From a virus: a stretch of 64,000 nucleotides of DNA. The notes under the pieces are model-generated. The model was given only the letters and a program-made list of their open reading frames with translations, searched no databases and had not been told where the DNA came from. Position 1 is the first letter of the stretch; each line of letters opens with the position of its first letter. Positions 9,129-16,579 of this stretch are shown here, piece after piece. A program made the position numbers and the translations under genes. The stretch lies in the IMG/VR virus record IMGVR_UViG_3300028394_000042; one strand, given 5' to 3'.

Positions 9129-9315
9129 AGCAGCAGGCCGGAGTCGAACCGGCTGTGATAGATTTGTACGGTTACCTGTCAATTCAGGCTTTAAGACGCC
9201 ACATCGGCTTGCGAATCAAGCAACCGGCGACGCCCCGACGCTTCGTCCGTTCAGGTGATCAGCCCATATCCGTCTATCACTTCAAGCTAAAACGCGCACC
9301 CCGCGTATCTGCTGC
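9129..9315 (-). ncRNA. tRNA-like / reduced tmRNA-like RNA (187 nt)
   Basis: Acceptor stem GCAGCAG/CTGCTGC plus U73; T-arm GCCGG-TTCGACT-CCGGC; an 8-bp helix GTGATAGA/TCTATCAC encloses ~110 nt containing the frame ADHLNGRSVGASPVA* (9263-9216). Confidence 0.75.
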
Positions 9316-9316
9316 A

Positions 9317-9347
9317 AAAGCCAGTGGCCGGGTACGACCCGGCAACA
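9317..9347 (-). repeat. duplicated 3' end of tRNA-Thr
   Basis: aaagccagtggccgggtacgacccggcaaca matches 9559-9589 at 29 of 31 positions. Confidence 0.9.
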
Positions 9348-9545
9348 CTATTTGGCGATATCTTTTTTGCTTTCCCTCAAATATTTGGACGCCTCAATTA
9401 GCCAGTACCCCATCTGTTCCATTTTTTCAGCTTCTTTCCCGGTCAGGTAAGAGGCTACATGAATGAAGGCGTAATCAATTTTACCCCTAGACACAATCTC
9501 TAGTGTGCCAAACGTTGGATCACTGAACTTTTCTGGCTTGTCCAT
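9348..9545 (-). CDS. small hypothetical protein between the two tRNA 3'-end repeats
   Basis: MDKPEKFSDPTFG..., GGAG SD. Confidence 0.7.
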   Translation of the reverse strand: MDKPEKFSDPTFGTLEIVSRGKIDYAFIHVASYLTGKEAEKMEQMGYWLIEASKYLRESKKDIAK

Positions 9546-9560
9546 AAGGTCTCCAATTAA

Positions 9561-9633
9561 AGCCAGTGGCCGGGTACGATCCGGCGACATGCAGTTTACA
9601 AAACTGCTGCTCTACCAACTGAGCTACACTGGC
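9561..9633 (-). tRNA. tRNA-Thr(UGU)
   Basis: GCCAGTG TA GCTC AGTTGGTA GAGC A GCAGT TTTGTAA ACTGC ATGTC GCCGG ATCGTAC CCGGC CACTGGC T; no encoded CCA; atypical T-loop. Confidence 0.92.
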
Positions 9634-9640
9634 GGCGGCT

Positions 9641-10105
9641 CTATTGTACAGCCTCTTGTGATACCGGCCAGACGTAAGGTAGATCTACTGGCTCAACCCA
9701 TTCAAACTGGCCGTAATACACAGGGTCTTTGCGCAAGAGATTACTGCGGTGGCTGGCGTGAAAGTTTTCGTCTTCTAACCACTCAGGCACGTCGTCGCTG
9801 TAGTCTTTGAAGCGCAACGCGTCTTCTACGGCGACAAACTGCGCTCGCAGCGTGTCTTTGAACCCGCGAATACGCCACTCGGTGCAGATATACTGAGCGT
9901 AAATAGCCAGTTGCACTTCATGCCCGCGCCACATGACTACAGCCGGATGGTTTTTCCAGCCGCGCTTGCCGGGAACATGTTCGCCAACAGGAACGCCCAG
10001 AGCGAGCAGGATTTGCTTGCACTCTAGGCGTTGTTTACCGAGTCTTTTGTTATCTAAAACACTTGCCGAATCTGCGTAGCTGGGCAGAGGCAAAAATGTC
10101 TGCAT
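9641..10105 (-). CDS. pyrimidine-dimer DNA glycosylase family (MSMEG_6728-like / endonuclease V-like)
   Basis: MQTFLP...LDNKRLGKQRLECKQIL...WKNHPAVVMWRG...HASHRSNLLRKDP. Confidence 0.88.
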   Translation of the reverse strand: MQTFLPLPSYADSASVLDNKRLGKQRLECKQILLALGVPVGEHVPGKRGWKNHPAVVMWRGHEVQLAIYAQYICTEWRIRGFKDTLRAQFVAVEDALRFKDYSDDVPEWLEDENFHASHRSNLLRKDPVYYGQFEWVEPVDLPYVWPVSQEAVQ

Positions 10106-10111
10106 GGTCGG

Positions 10112-10420
10112 TCAGTCCTCGTTTTCTTCTGTGTTTTCGGTGTCGTCGTCAATTGGTTCTTCGGCGGCTGTGCTTGGATCATCTTCGTTGTCTGGATCCC
10201 ACTCGCCGCTCCACTCAGAGTCGCTATTGTCTTCGTCGTCATCGTCGTCGATAACAAAGTTGATTTGCGGCTGCGGCATAAACTCGCCGTCATCGCTGTC
10301 GTCTGCGTTATCCTCGCGTACGACTTCCCACTGCCACTCGTCTTGATTGAAGTCGCCATCAAGCCCGTCGTCATGACGTGCGCGCCCAGCGCAGTGCCCT
10401 GTTCGAGTGTTGTGCAACAT
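10112..10420 (-). CDS. extremely acidic small protein
   Basis: 102 aa; D/E-dominated after residue ~16. Confidence 0.7.
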   Translation of the reverse strand: MLHNTRTGHCAGRARHDDGLDGDFNQDEWQWEVVREDNADDSDDGEFMPQPQINFVIDDDDDEDNSDSEWSGEWDPDNEDDPSTAAEEPIDDDTENTEENED

Positions 10421-10422
10421 GG

Positions 10423-13056
10423 TTATCCGATTTCTTGCGCCGTGGTGGTCTCTTGCGGGTCTTGCCAGAATTTATCGCACCAACCAGTCGGTACGAGAAT
10501 ACCCGGCATATTCTGCACAATTTCTTCTCCAGAAAAAAGCCCCGCTTTACTGAGCAGCTCAATTATCGCCAGCCAATTGGGCGGCGCGCTTTTCTGTAGT
10601 TCAAAATACCGGTCTATGGCGCGGCGGTTGAGCCACCAATTATCGGCACGGCGCAACAGGTAGTTGTACGCTTGCTGCTTGTTTCTAGGGCGCGGTAACA
10701 CGGCCAGCTTACCTAGTTGGATAGCATTGTTTAGCTCGCCCATAAGCGTGATGTGCGCTGTTTTTGGGCTGACCAATTTGTTCAGCGCGCACGGCAAATG
10801 GAACGCTGTGCCGTAAGTCTCGTCTAGCCAGCGGTGCAGGTCACGCAGCACGACCTCGGTAAGCGTGCCGGTTTGGGCGGCTAGGCTCATGCGGCTACGC
10901 AGCGTGCGCTGGATGTAAGCGGGAAGCACATGTTGCAGCACCGAGAAGTCTGTATTAGCTGCAGGGGCTGTGCCGTTGATCAGCTGCCAGCCGTAACCAG
11001 TTGCTATAGCGGCGCACGTTGGAGTTAACCGCACGGTCACAGGCAGGTTATGGCACCGTGTAACTGCCGCGCTGAATACGGTGTCGTCAAAGGCGTTTGA
11101 AGCTAGTAGCGGCCAGTCTGATTCGTTGCTGGCTTTAACCAGCTGTTGTGCGTTGTGGCTTTTACGCAACCCCGCATATTGTATATGAGCGCAGTTCAAG
11201 GCTGCGGCAATGCGTACAGCCGCGTTAAAGTTTGCGCCGACTATGCCAATAGCCGCGCTGTCTTTACGCAGCACCGGCGCCAGTAGCTGCGCTGTGATCC
11301 CGGCAAACACAGTCCAGATGAACGAGTTTTCATAGCTGGGTGTTAAAAACTGCCGGATAGCTGGCGGGGCTACAGGCGTTGGCTCGGGAAAAGATATCTT
11401 TGATCGGTTGCGCTGCAGTAGATTAGCCAGCGTGATTTCGCCGTCTGTGCCAAGTTCGTATTGCGCGAACCGGAACACAGACGCATACTCGTCCCAGCCA
11501 GCGCGCCCTGACACCATGATTAGCTCAGGTTGGTGTAGCTGGATTGCGAGCAAGTGGCTGCGCCTATTCCACGCCCGGTCAAACACAATGAGTTTGCCGT
11601 GGGGCGCTGCGTGGGCCGCGGCGAAAGACAGCAGGCCCATGCGCTCTATCTTTGTAGCCGTGTCGCAGAACTCCAGCGCGTCGTTTTTTATGTAGATAGT
11701 GCCGGAGTACAGCTTTTCGCCGTTGTCAGCTTGGATGATTTTTTTGATCACGGGCCGGGCTGAGCAAATCTGGTGGCCAAGCTGGTTCCACCAGCTGTTG
11801 TCTTTCTCTACGATGACCCAGCGTCGGTGCGCTTTTGTCGGCGCTGTGGGCGCGACGGCTAAGGCTGTTATGACCCGGCTGGCGAACGTCGCAGACAAGT
11901 TTACGTCGCACTTCAGCAGAAAATGCTGCAGCTTATCGTGCGGCACCATGAGCCTAGACGCGAACGAGTAGGCTGATATTTCATTCATGCCGCGCAGTGT
12001 TTTCTGCAAGCTGTTTTGCCAAGTCGCAGCGCTACGCCGGATTTCAGCGAGCGTGGTAATGGCGGGAGCTTCGCGCACCCTAGCAGCTGGCGCGAGCGGC
12101 GTTACGCAGACGTAACCTTTGGCGTGGCATGCCCGGCTGACAAGTTCTGGCGTAATCGTGTTGCCGTGAAACATGCGCGGAATAGGCGGGAACGCAAGCC
12201 AGCTGGGGCCGTAGCTGGTAGCTTCGGGGCCATTGTAGCTGGCCATGATGGGCAGCAGATCCAAGCCGTGCGCGCGTTGTTTACACTGAGCACGCAAGGC
12301 CCAGAATGGGTCGTCTACTACAAACTGCGAGCTTTTGAGTAGCTCAGGCCCCGGTAGTGTGGCTGTCTTGAGCAGGAAGTACCCAGCTTCTGGGCGTTGC
12401 CGGGTGTAGCCGCTGGTCGGTATGAACGTGCTTTTGGTCGCGAAGTCCTCGGCGTACTGCACGACTAGCACGCCTGTTGGGCGCCCGGGTAGATCGTAGA
12501 ACGGGAACACGATGCTGGCGCCGTCTGCCCTGAGCTTAGTGGGTTTGGGGCGGCCCACTTCTGAGCACAAGTTTACGATCTGGTCGTGGTGCGCTACGCC
12601 GACTAGGCCGTCAGCGCAAATTTCTTTGCCGACGCCTAGTTCCCGCAGGCGGCAGGCGATCACGTCGTCGCCGTGGTTCCAGATCTGCGCCTCAGCGTCG
12701 CACCAGAAGTTCTCGACAGCCAACTGGCGCCGTAACCCTCGGTCGTACTGCCCGGCTAAGTTATCTTTATCCCCGGAATTTACCAGTCCAAGGTCGGCAA
12801 ACCGGGTCAATGCAGCCGGCAGGCTTGTATTCCATATCAGCGCGCCAAACGTTATGATATCTCCATGGGCCGCGCACCGGTCGCAGTGCAGCCAAATACC
12901 GTCTGTTGTGATATCGTCGAACAGGTGCAACGCAGTTTGTTGGCATAGCGGACACTGAACAACTGCTGGAAACGCAGGTTTTTCCAGCTCAATACCCAAA
13001 GCTGACAGCGCCCCCATGTGGTGCTGACGGCGGACTAAACAGGTAGGCAAACCCAT
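10423..13056 (-). CDS. large protein with N-terminal primase-type zinc finger (divergent primase-like)
   Basis: CPLC...WLHCDRCAAHGDII, later IVFPFYDLPGRPTG. No convincing TOPRIM or Walker motifs. Confidence 0.55.
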   Translation of the reverse strand: MGLPTCLVRRQHHMGALSALGIELEKPAFPAVVQCPLCQQTALHLFDDITTDGIWLHCDRCAAHGDIITFGALIWNTSLPAALTRFADLGLVNSGDKDNLAGQYDRGLRRQLAVENFWCDAEAQIWNHGDDVIACRLRELGVGKEICADGLVGVAHHDQIVNLCSEVGRPKPTKLRADGASIVFPFYDLPGRPTGVLVVQYAEDFATKSTFIPTSGYTRQRPEAGYFLLKTATLPGPELLKSSQFVVDDPFWALRAQCKQRAHGLDLLPIMASYNGPEATSYGPSWLAFPPIPRMFHGNTITPELVSRACHAKGYVCVTPLAPAARVREAPAITTLAEIRRSAATWQNSLQKTLRGMNEISAYSFASRLMVPHDKLQHFLLKCDVNLSATFASRVITALAVAPTAPTKAHRRWVIVEKDNSWWNQLGHQICSARPVIKKIIQADNGEKLYSGTIYIKNDALEFCDTATKIERMGLLSFAAAHAAPHGKLIVFDRAWNRRSHLLAIQLHQPELIMVSGRAGWDEYASVFRFAQYELGTDGEITLANLLQRNRSKISFPEPTPVAPPAIRQFLTPSYENSFIWTVFAGITAQLLAPVLRKDSAAIGIVGANFNAAVRIAAALNCAHIQYAGLRKSHNAQQLVKASNESDWPLLASNAFDDTVFSAAVTRCHNLPVTVRLTPTCAAIATGYGWQLINGTAPAANTDFSVLQHVLPAYIQRTLRSRMSLAAQTGTLTEVVLRDLHRWLDETYGTAFHLPCALNKLVSPKTAHITLMGELNNAIQLGKLAVLPRPRNKQQAYNYLLRRADNWWLNRRAIDRYFELQKSAPPNWLAIIELLSKAGLFSGEEIVQNMPGILVPTGWCDKFWQDPQETTTAQEIG

Positions 13057-14233
13057 GTCAAATATTCCGTTGGATCAGATACAGGACGTTAGTGGCCGCG
13101 AAACCCACAGGCTTACCGCTCTTCATCCCGCGCCCGATTTTGTTAAATCAGCTGCGCCGGAACGGCTTTCTGGCGATGGCACACTTCCTCGCCACTTGTA
13201 TGCTGATCCGCGCAACAAACTTTACCCATGTCACACTGCGCCTGCAACATGGATGTCTGCGTTGTTTTTCACAGACAAACAAGCCAGCTTTGATAAGGCG
13301 ACAGCGGACGCTATCCAATCCAAGATACACAAAGCAGCTGAGTATTTCGGCATTTCTGGTCTTGTAGCCGAACTGGAGAAGACGTCGGCAGCCCAAAGCG
13401 GGTTGTCTGAAAGCCAACTGCCGGACGACGCTTTTGCTGTTGTCTGGGTAGGCGACAATGGCAACACAGAACGCCACTGGCCGATGCGCAACGCTACGGA
13501 AGTCAAGTTTGCCGCTGCGCATTTCCAGAAGTACCGGGACGAGTTTGTATTCGAAGACCGGCACATGATTGCCACCAAGATCCTGAAGAAAGCCGCGCAG
13601 TACAGCGCTGACACGTCTGATACAAACGGCTCGCTGGAAATGGCCGCTGGCCTCGGCGCCTGTGCGGCAAAGGTCGCCAGCCAAATGATTAAAGACCGCG
13701 TACGGCTCACGCAACGGGACCATGGCCCGCTGGCCGCTGAGTTGTCAAAGTTAGCTACTGTGATTGACCAGCACCCGGAGAAAGCTCGGGAACTGGACAC
13801 GCGGCTAAAGTTGGCGAGCGCGGTCGACCAATTTGACAAGAGCACGCAGCTGCACCGGCTTTACGACGCCGGCGGGTTGTCGCGGCCCGAAGAAGTGCTT
13901 TTTGCCATTACCGAGAAAGTCGCTCGTGACTTCATGCAGCACAACGTCGAGACCACCACGGGCAACGTGTATGCCCTTGATGATCTGGAGAAGCTGGCCG
14001 TTGAAGACGTCCGCGAATGGATGGGCGACGACTTCGCTGACGCTGTGAGCGCTGGCGGTGTTTACATGGACCGCGACAAGCTGGCTGAGATTGTCCCCAC
14101 ACTTGACCGGGGTATGGCAGCCACGCTTGACCGGCTTGTGCAAGAGAAGAACGCCGGCGCTGTTGTGAAGCAGGCGGCAGCAGCTGATACGCTGCTGCCA
14201 TTGAGCAAGCTATACGAGTTGGCTAAAGGCTGA
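13055..14233 (+). CDS. K-x-A-rich putative virion head protein
   Basis: 392 aa, SD AGGTAGG; about 14 K-x-A motifs by hand count (VKSAA, DKQAS, EKVAR, EKLAV, VKQAA...). Confidence 0.75.
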   Translation: MSNIPLDQIQDVSGRETHRLTALHPAPDFVKSAAPERLSGDGTLPRHLYADPRNKLYPCHTAPATWMSALFFTDKQASFDKATADAIQSKIHKAAEYFGISGLVAELEKTSAAQSGLSESQLPDDAFAVVWVGDNGNTERHWPMRNATEVKFAAAHFQKYRDEFVFEDRHMIATKILKKAAQYSADTSDTNGSLEMAAGLGACAAKVASQMIKDRVRLTQRDHGPLAAELSKLATVIDQHPEKARELDTRLKLASAVDQFDKSTQLHRLYDAGGLSRPEEVLFAITEKVARDFMQHNVETTTGNVYALDDLEKLAVEDVREWMGDDFADAVSAGGVYMDRDKLAEIVPTLDRGMAATLDRLVQEKNAGAVVKQAAAADTLLPLSKLYELAKG

Positions 14234-14243
14234 TTATCCCGTT

Positions 14244-14282
14244 TTATCTGGGCTTAGATAATTTATGCGGGCTTAGATAATT
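14244..14282. terminator. hairpin and short tandem duplication between convergent genes
   Basis: TTATCT-GGGCTT-AGATAA inverted repeat; gggcttagataatt occurs twice. Confidence 0.4.
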
Positions 14283-14523
14283 CAGTTTGTCGCTTTTCAG
14301 CTGCTTTGAGCTTTGCAATCAGCTCATTTAACGACGCGCGCACGTCGGTATCTTGCTGTGCAGCTACGCGCGTAGCCGGGTCAATGTTTTGCGACGTTAA
14401 CCCAAAACACGGCTCTGCGGCTTCTGCGGCGCGTAGCTCTTCCGAGTACAACAGCCACCCTTCGTAACTGTCTTCCTCACTTGGCAGGGCCGGGTCTTCC
14501 CTTAGCCTGTCGTTCCAGCCCAC
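14263..14523 (-). CDS. hypothetical protein
   Basis: 86 aa, overlaps the 3' end of csrA. Confidence 0.65.
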   Translation of the reverse strand: MGWNDRLREDPALPSEEDSYEGWLLYSEELRAAEAAEPCFGLTSQNIDPATRVAAQQDTDVRASLNELIAKLKAAEKRQTELSKPA

Positions 14524-14698
14524 GTTTCACCGGTTTTTCTTTAGTGCGCGGCGCGCCTAATTCACCGCGCATGATGGTTACATTAGCCGGCGCTGTTAGG
14601 CCCAGTCGCACGCGGCCTTTCTCAATCGATAGAACGCGGATAACCACGTTATCGCCAATCATGATGTCTTCATTCAGTTCCCGCGATAGCACTAACAT
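14477..14698 (-). CDS. csrA: carbon storage regulator (translational regulator)
   Basis: MLVLSRELNEDIMIGDNVVIRVLSIEKGRVRLGLTAPANVTIMRGEL; SD GAGGGGTG. Confidence 0.93.
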   Translation of the reverse strand: MLVLSRELNEDIMIGDNVVIRVLSIEKGRVRLGLTAPANVTIMRGELGAPRTKEKPVKRGLERQAKGRPGPAK

Positions 14699-14708
14699 TG
14701 TTCACCCC

Positions 14709-15380
14709 TCAAGCGTCTTGCTTCTTAGCGCCGCGCAACATGTCTACGACATACTGCGTGGATCCATTTTTTAAGTTCAACGCGGCCATCTGCTGGGCTA
14801 ACAGGTCTGCCCGTAGCTGCAGCGTACGCGTGATGTCATCTGTCTTGCCTGCTTCAACGTCGTATATGGCGCTGAACATTGCCGGGTCATCCGAGAAATC
14901 TGTCATGTGCGGCGACGTTCTAGTCTTGCGGAAAGCGATGCGCAAGATATCAGGCGGGTTCATGATGCCTTCTTGGTCAAGCATGGTGCCGATGTAGGCG
15001 CGGATCTCGTCTGTAAACGGATCTGCTTCTTCAGGCGGCTCGATTAGCAGGGCTTCGGTAATCCCCCACGCGATCTCCTCAACGTCTGCAGGATCCCACA
15101 TGTCAGGCTGGTACGTGTCGCCGCTGAGCACGTTGCAGAACGAGATGAAGTCAGGCAGGCTTTTGAAGAACCTATCTGTCGTCAGGATCTGGATGCCGAC
15201 GATTAACTTATCTAAAGGCAGCTGCGGCAGATCGACCTTGAACTCTTCTTCGATCTCCAGCGTGATAGTGGCCGGATCCCATTCCAGCGCCTCCATCCCG
15301 AACCTGTCGAGGAACAACGTGAGCAGTACGCTGGCAAATGTGTCAGGACTCTTCCACGCTTCTTGCAGTAGGTTTGACAT
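14709..15380 (-). CDS. hypothetical protein
   Basis: Probable start MSNLLQEAWK; acidic helical protein. Confidence 0.75.
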   Translation of the reverse strand: MSNLLQEAWKSPDTFASVLLTLFLDRFGMEALEWDPATITLEIEEEFKVDLPQLPLDKLIVGIQILTTDRFFKSLPDFISFCNVLSGDTYQPDMWDPADVEEIAWGITEALLIEPPEEADPFTDEIRAYIGTMLDQEGIMNPPDILRIAFRKTRTSPHMTDFSDDPAMFSAIYDVEAGKTDDITRTLQLRADLLAQQMAALNLKNGSTQYVVDMLRGAKKQDA

Positions 15381-15837
15381 GCTTCCCGGCCCTATTCTCG
15401 ATCTGCAGTACACCCCGGCGGTACAGCTCATTTAGATTGTACCCAATTGTCTCCATAGGCGGATTAGGAAGAGACGTAACCTCTTCCCCAGACTCAAGAT
15501 CTGTAAAGCCCGCGTGAGTGGTCCATGTGGCGTATTGGCCGTCTGCAAAGACCAGCTGCATCAGGCACTCCCGGCACGACTCTGGTTCTGTGAGCACTGG
15601 TTTGAGCGCCGTGAGCAAAAGCGTGCGCTGCTCTGGCTTGAGAAATACCAGTTTCTCCAGCATGTCAGCTATCAGCAGAAACATGACGGTAATCTGGTCT
15701 AGTGAGTCAGCAGCTGCAGCGGGTTTAACGCCAAGCACAGTTGTAAAAATTGCCCGCACTTGCAGCTTGCTTAACTTCACGACTCGCATTACCATATCAA
15801 GCGTTACGGTTTTTTCTACTTCGGAGGTATTTTCCAT
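15343..15837 (-). CDS. hypothetical protein
   Basis: Start at MENTSEVEK (15837) or METMEN (15846). Confidence 0.7.
   Translation of the reverse strand: MENTSEVEKTVTLDMVMRVVKLSKLQVRAIFTTVLGVKPAAAADSLDQITVMFLLIADMLEKLVFLKPEQRTLLLTALKPVLTEPESCRECLMQLVFADGQYATWTTHAGFTDLESGEEVTSLPNPPMETIGYNLNELYRRGVLQIENRAGKHVKPTARSVEES
15767..15795 (+). promoter_or_regulatory. candidate sigma70 promoter for the plus-strand gene at 15836
   Basis: TTGCTT-N17-TACCAT, located inside the opposite-strand CDS. Confidence 0.4.
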
Positions 15838-16111
15838 GGTTTCCATCGTTGACGGTCTTTCCAAGGTGGCGTCGGGTCGGGCGGAGTTTGTGGTCAGCGG
15901 TAGCGGCGTGGAGGAACTCATGTCGGCCGCAACGTCGAACATTGTGATCCAGAAGGCTGCAGAGCTGGGTTTGAACCGCCCGGGTGTGTCTAACGCCAGC
16001 GGGCCGTACCCCGTTGACGCCGAAGGCAAGACCGACGATGACCTCCTGCTCGGCAAGCGCGGCCCAGTGGCTGCTTACCAGCGGGATTTTGTTATCTTAG
16101 CGTCGATCTAA
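15836..16111 (+). CDS. small putative virion protein
   Basis: MVSIVDGLSKVASGRAEF... with GGAGG SD; contains KVA and KAA motifs. Confidence 0.75.
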   Translation: MVSIVDGLSKVASGRAEFVVSGSGVEELMSAATSNIVIQKAAELGLNRPGVSNASGPYPVDAEGKTDDDLLLGKRGPVAAYQRDFVILASI

Positions 16112-16578
16112 GCGTCGTCGCGGCGGTCTACGACGAAAAAGTGTACAGGCGCGCCGTTGTCAAACTGCACGACTGCAAAACAAACCGGCGTAGCGCAATC
16201 GATTTCGAGCCGCTTGCTGATTTCGTAGGCTTTTTGACGGCGCATTGTTGTTGCAAACTTGACAGCGTCATCATAATCTGAAAACAGGCCGACCGGCACA
16301 TCATCCATTGTGTGCCGCCAAATCACTAAAAAACCTGTTAACCCGGATTTAGGAGCCGCGCTGCGTGTTTTACGCGGCGCGGTTTTCTTTTTGCGCGCAG
16401 CAACCGGCGTCTGCCGCGGGGCTAACTTGCCTGCGTAGTCCACCATTGTGAACCCGGTTAACCGCGCTGTTGGTTTCTTTTTGCTTACGGGGTTTTTCTT
16501 TTTGCCCGCAGCAGCTACCTTGCCTGCGTAGTCCACCATTGTGAACCCGGTTAACCGCGCTGTTGGTTTCTTTTTCAT
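16108..16578 (-). CDS. basic protein with N-terminal tandem repeat
   Basis: KKKPTARLTGFTMVDYAGK occurs twice; K/A-rich linker; small globular C-terminus. Confidence 0.75.
   Translation of the reverse strand: MKKKPTARLTGFTMVDYAGKVAAAGKKKNPVSKKKPTARLTGFTMVDYAGKLAPRQTPVAARKKKTAPRKTRSAAPKSGLTGFLVIWRHTMDDVPVGLFSDYDDAVKFATTMRRQKAYEISKRLEIDCATPVCFAVVQFDNGAPVHFFVVDRRDDA
16426..16575. repeat. perfect 57-bp direct repeat, two copies (16426-16482 and 16519-16575)
   Basis: cttgcctgcgtagtccaccattgtgaacccggttaaccgcgctgttggtttcttttt is identical in both copies. Confidence 0.95.
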
Positions 16579-16579
16579 G

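Noticed and set aside
9129-9315. Ordinary tRNA with a group I intron
   Set aside because: The insert is only ~110 nt, I see no group I core, and no 7-nt anticodon loop is obviously restored by excision. Not fully excluded without a covariance search.
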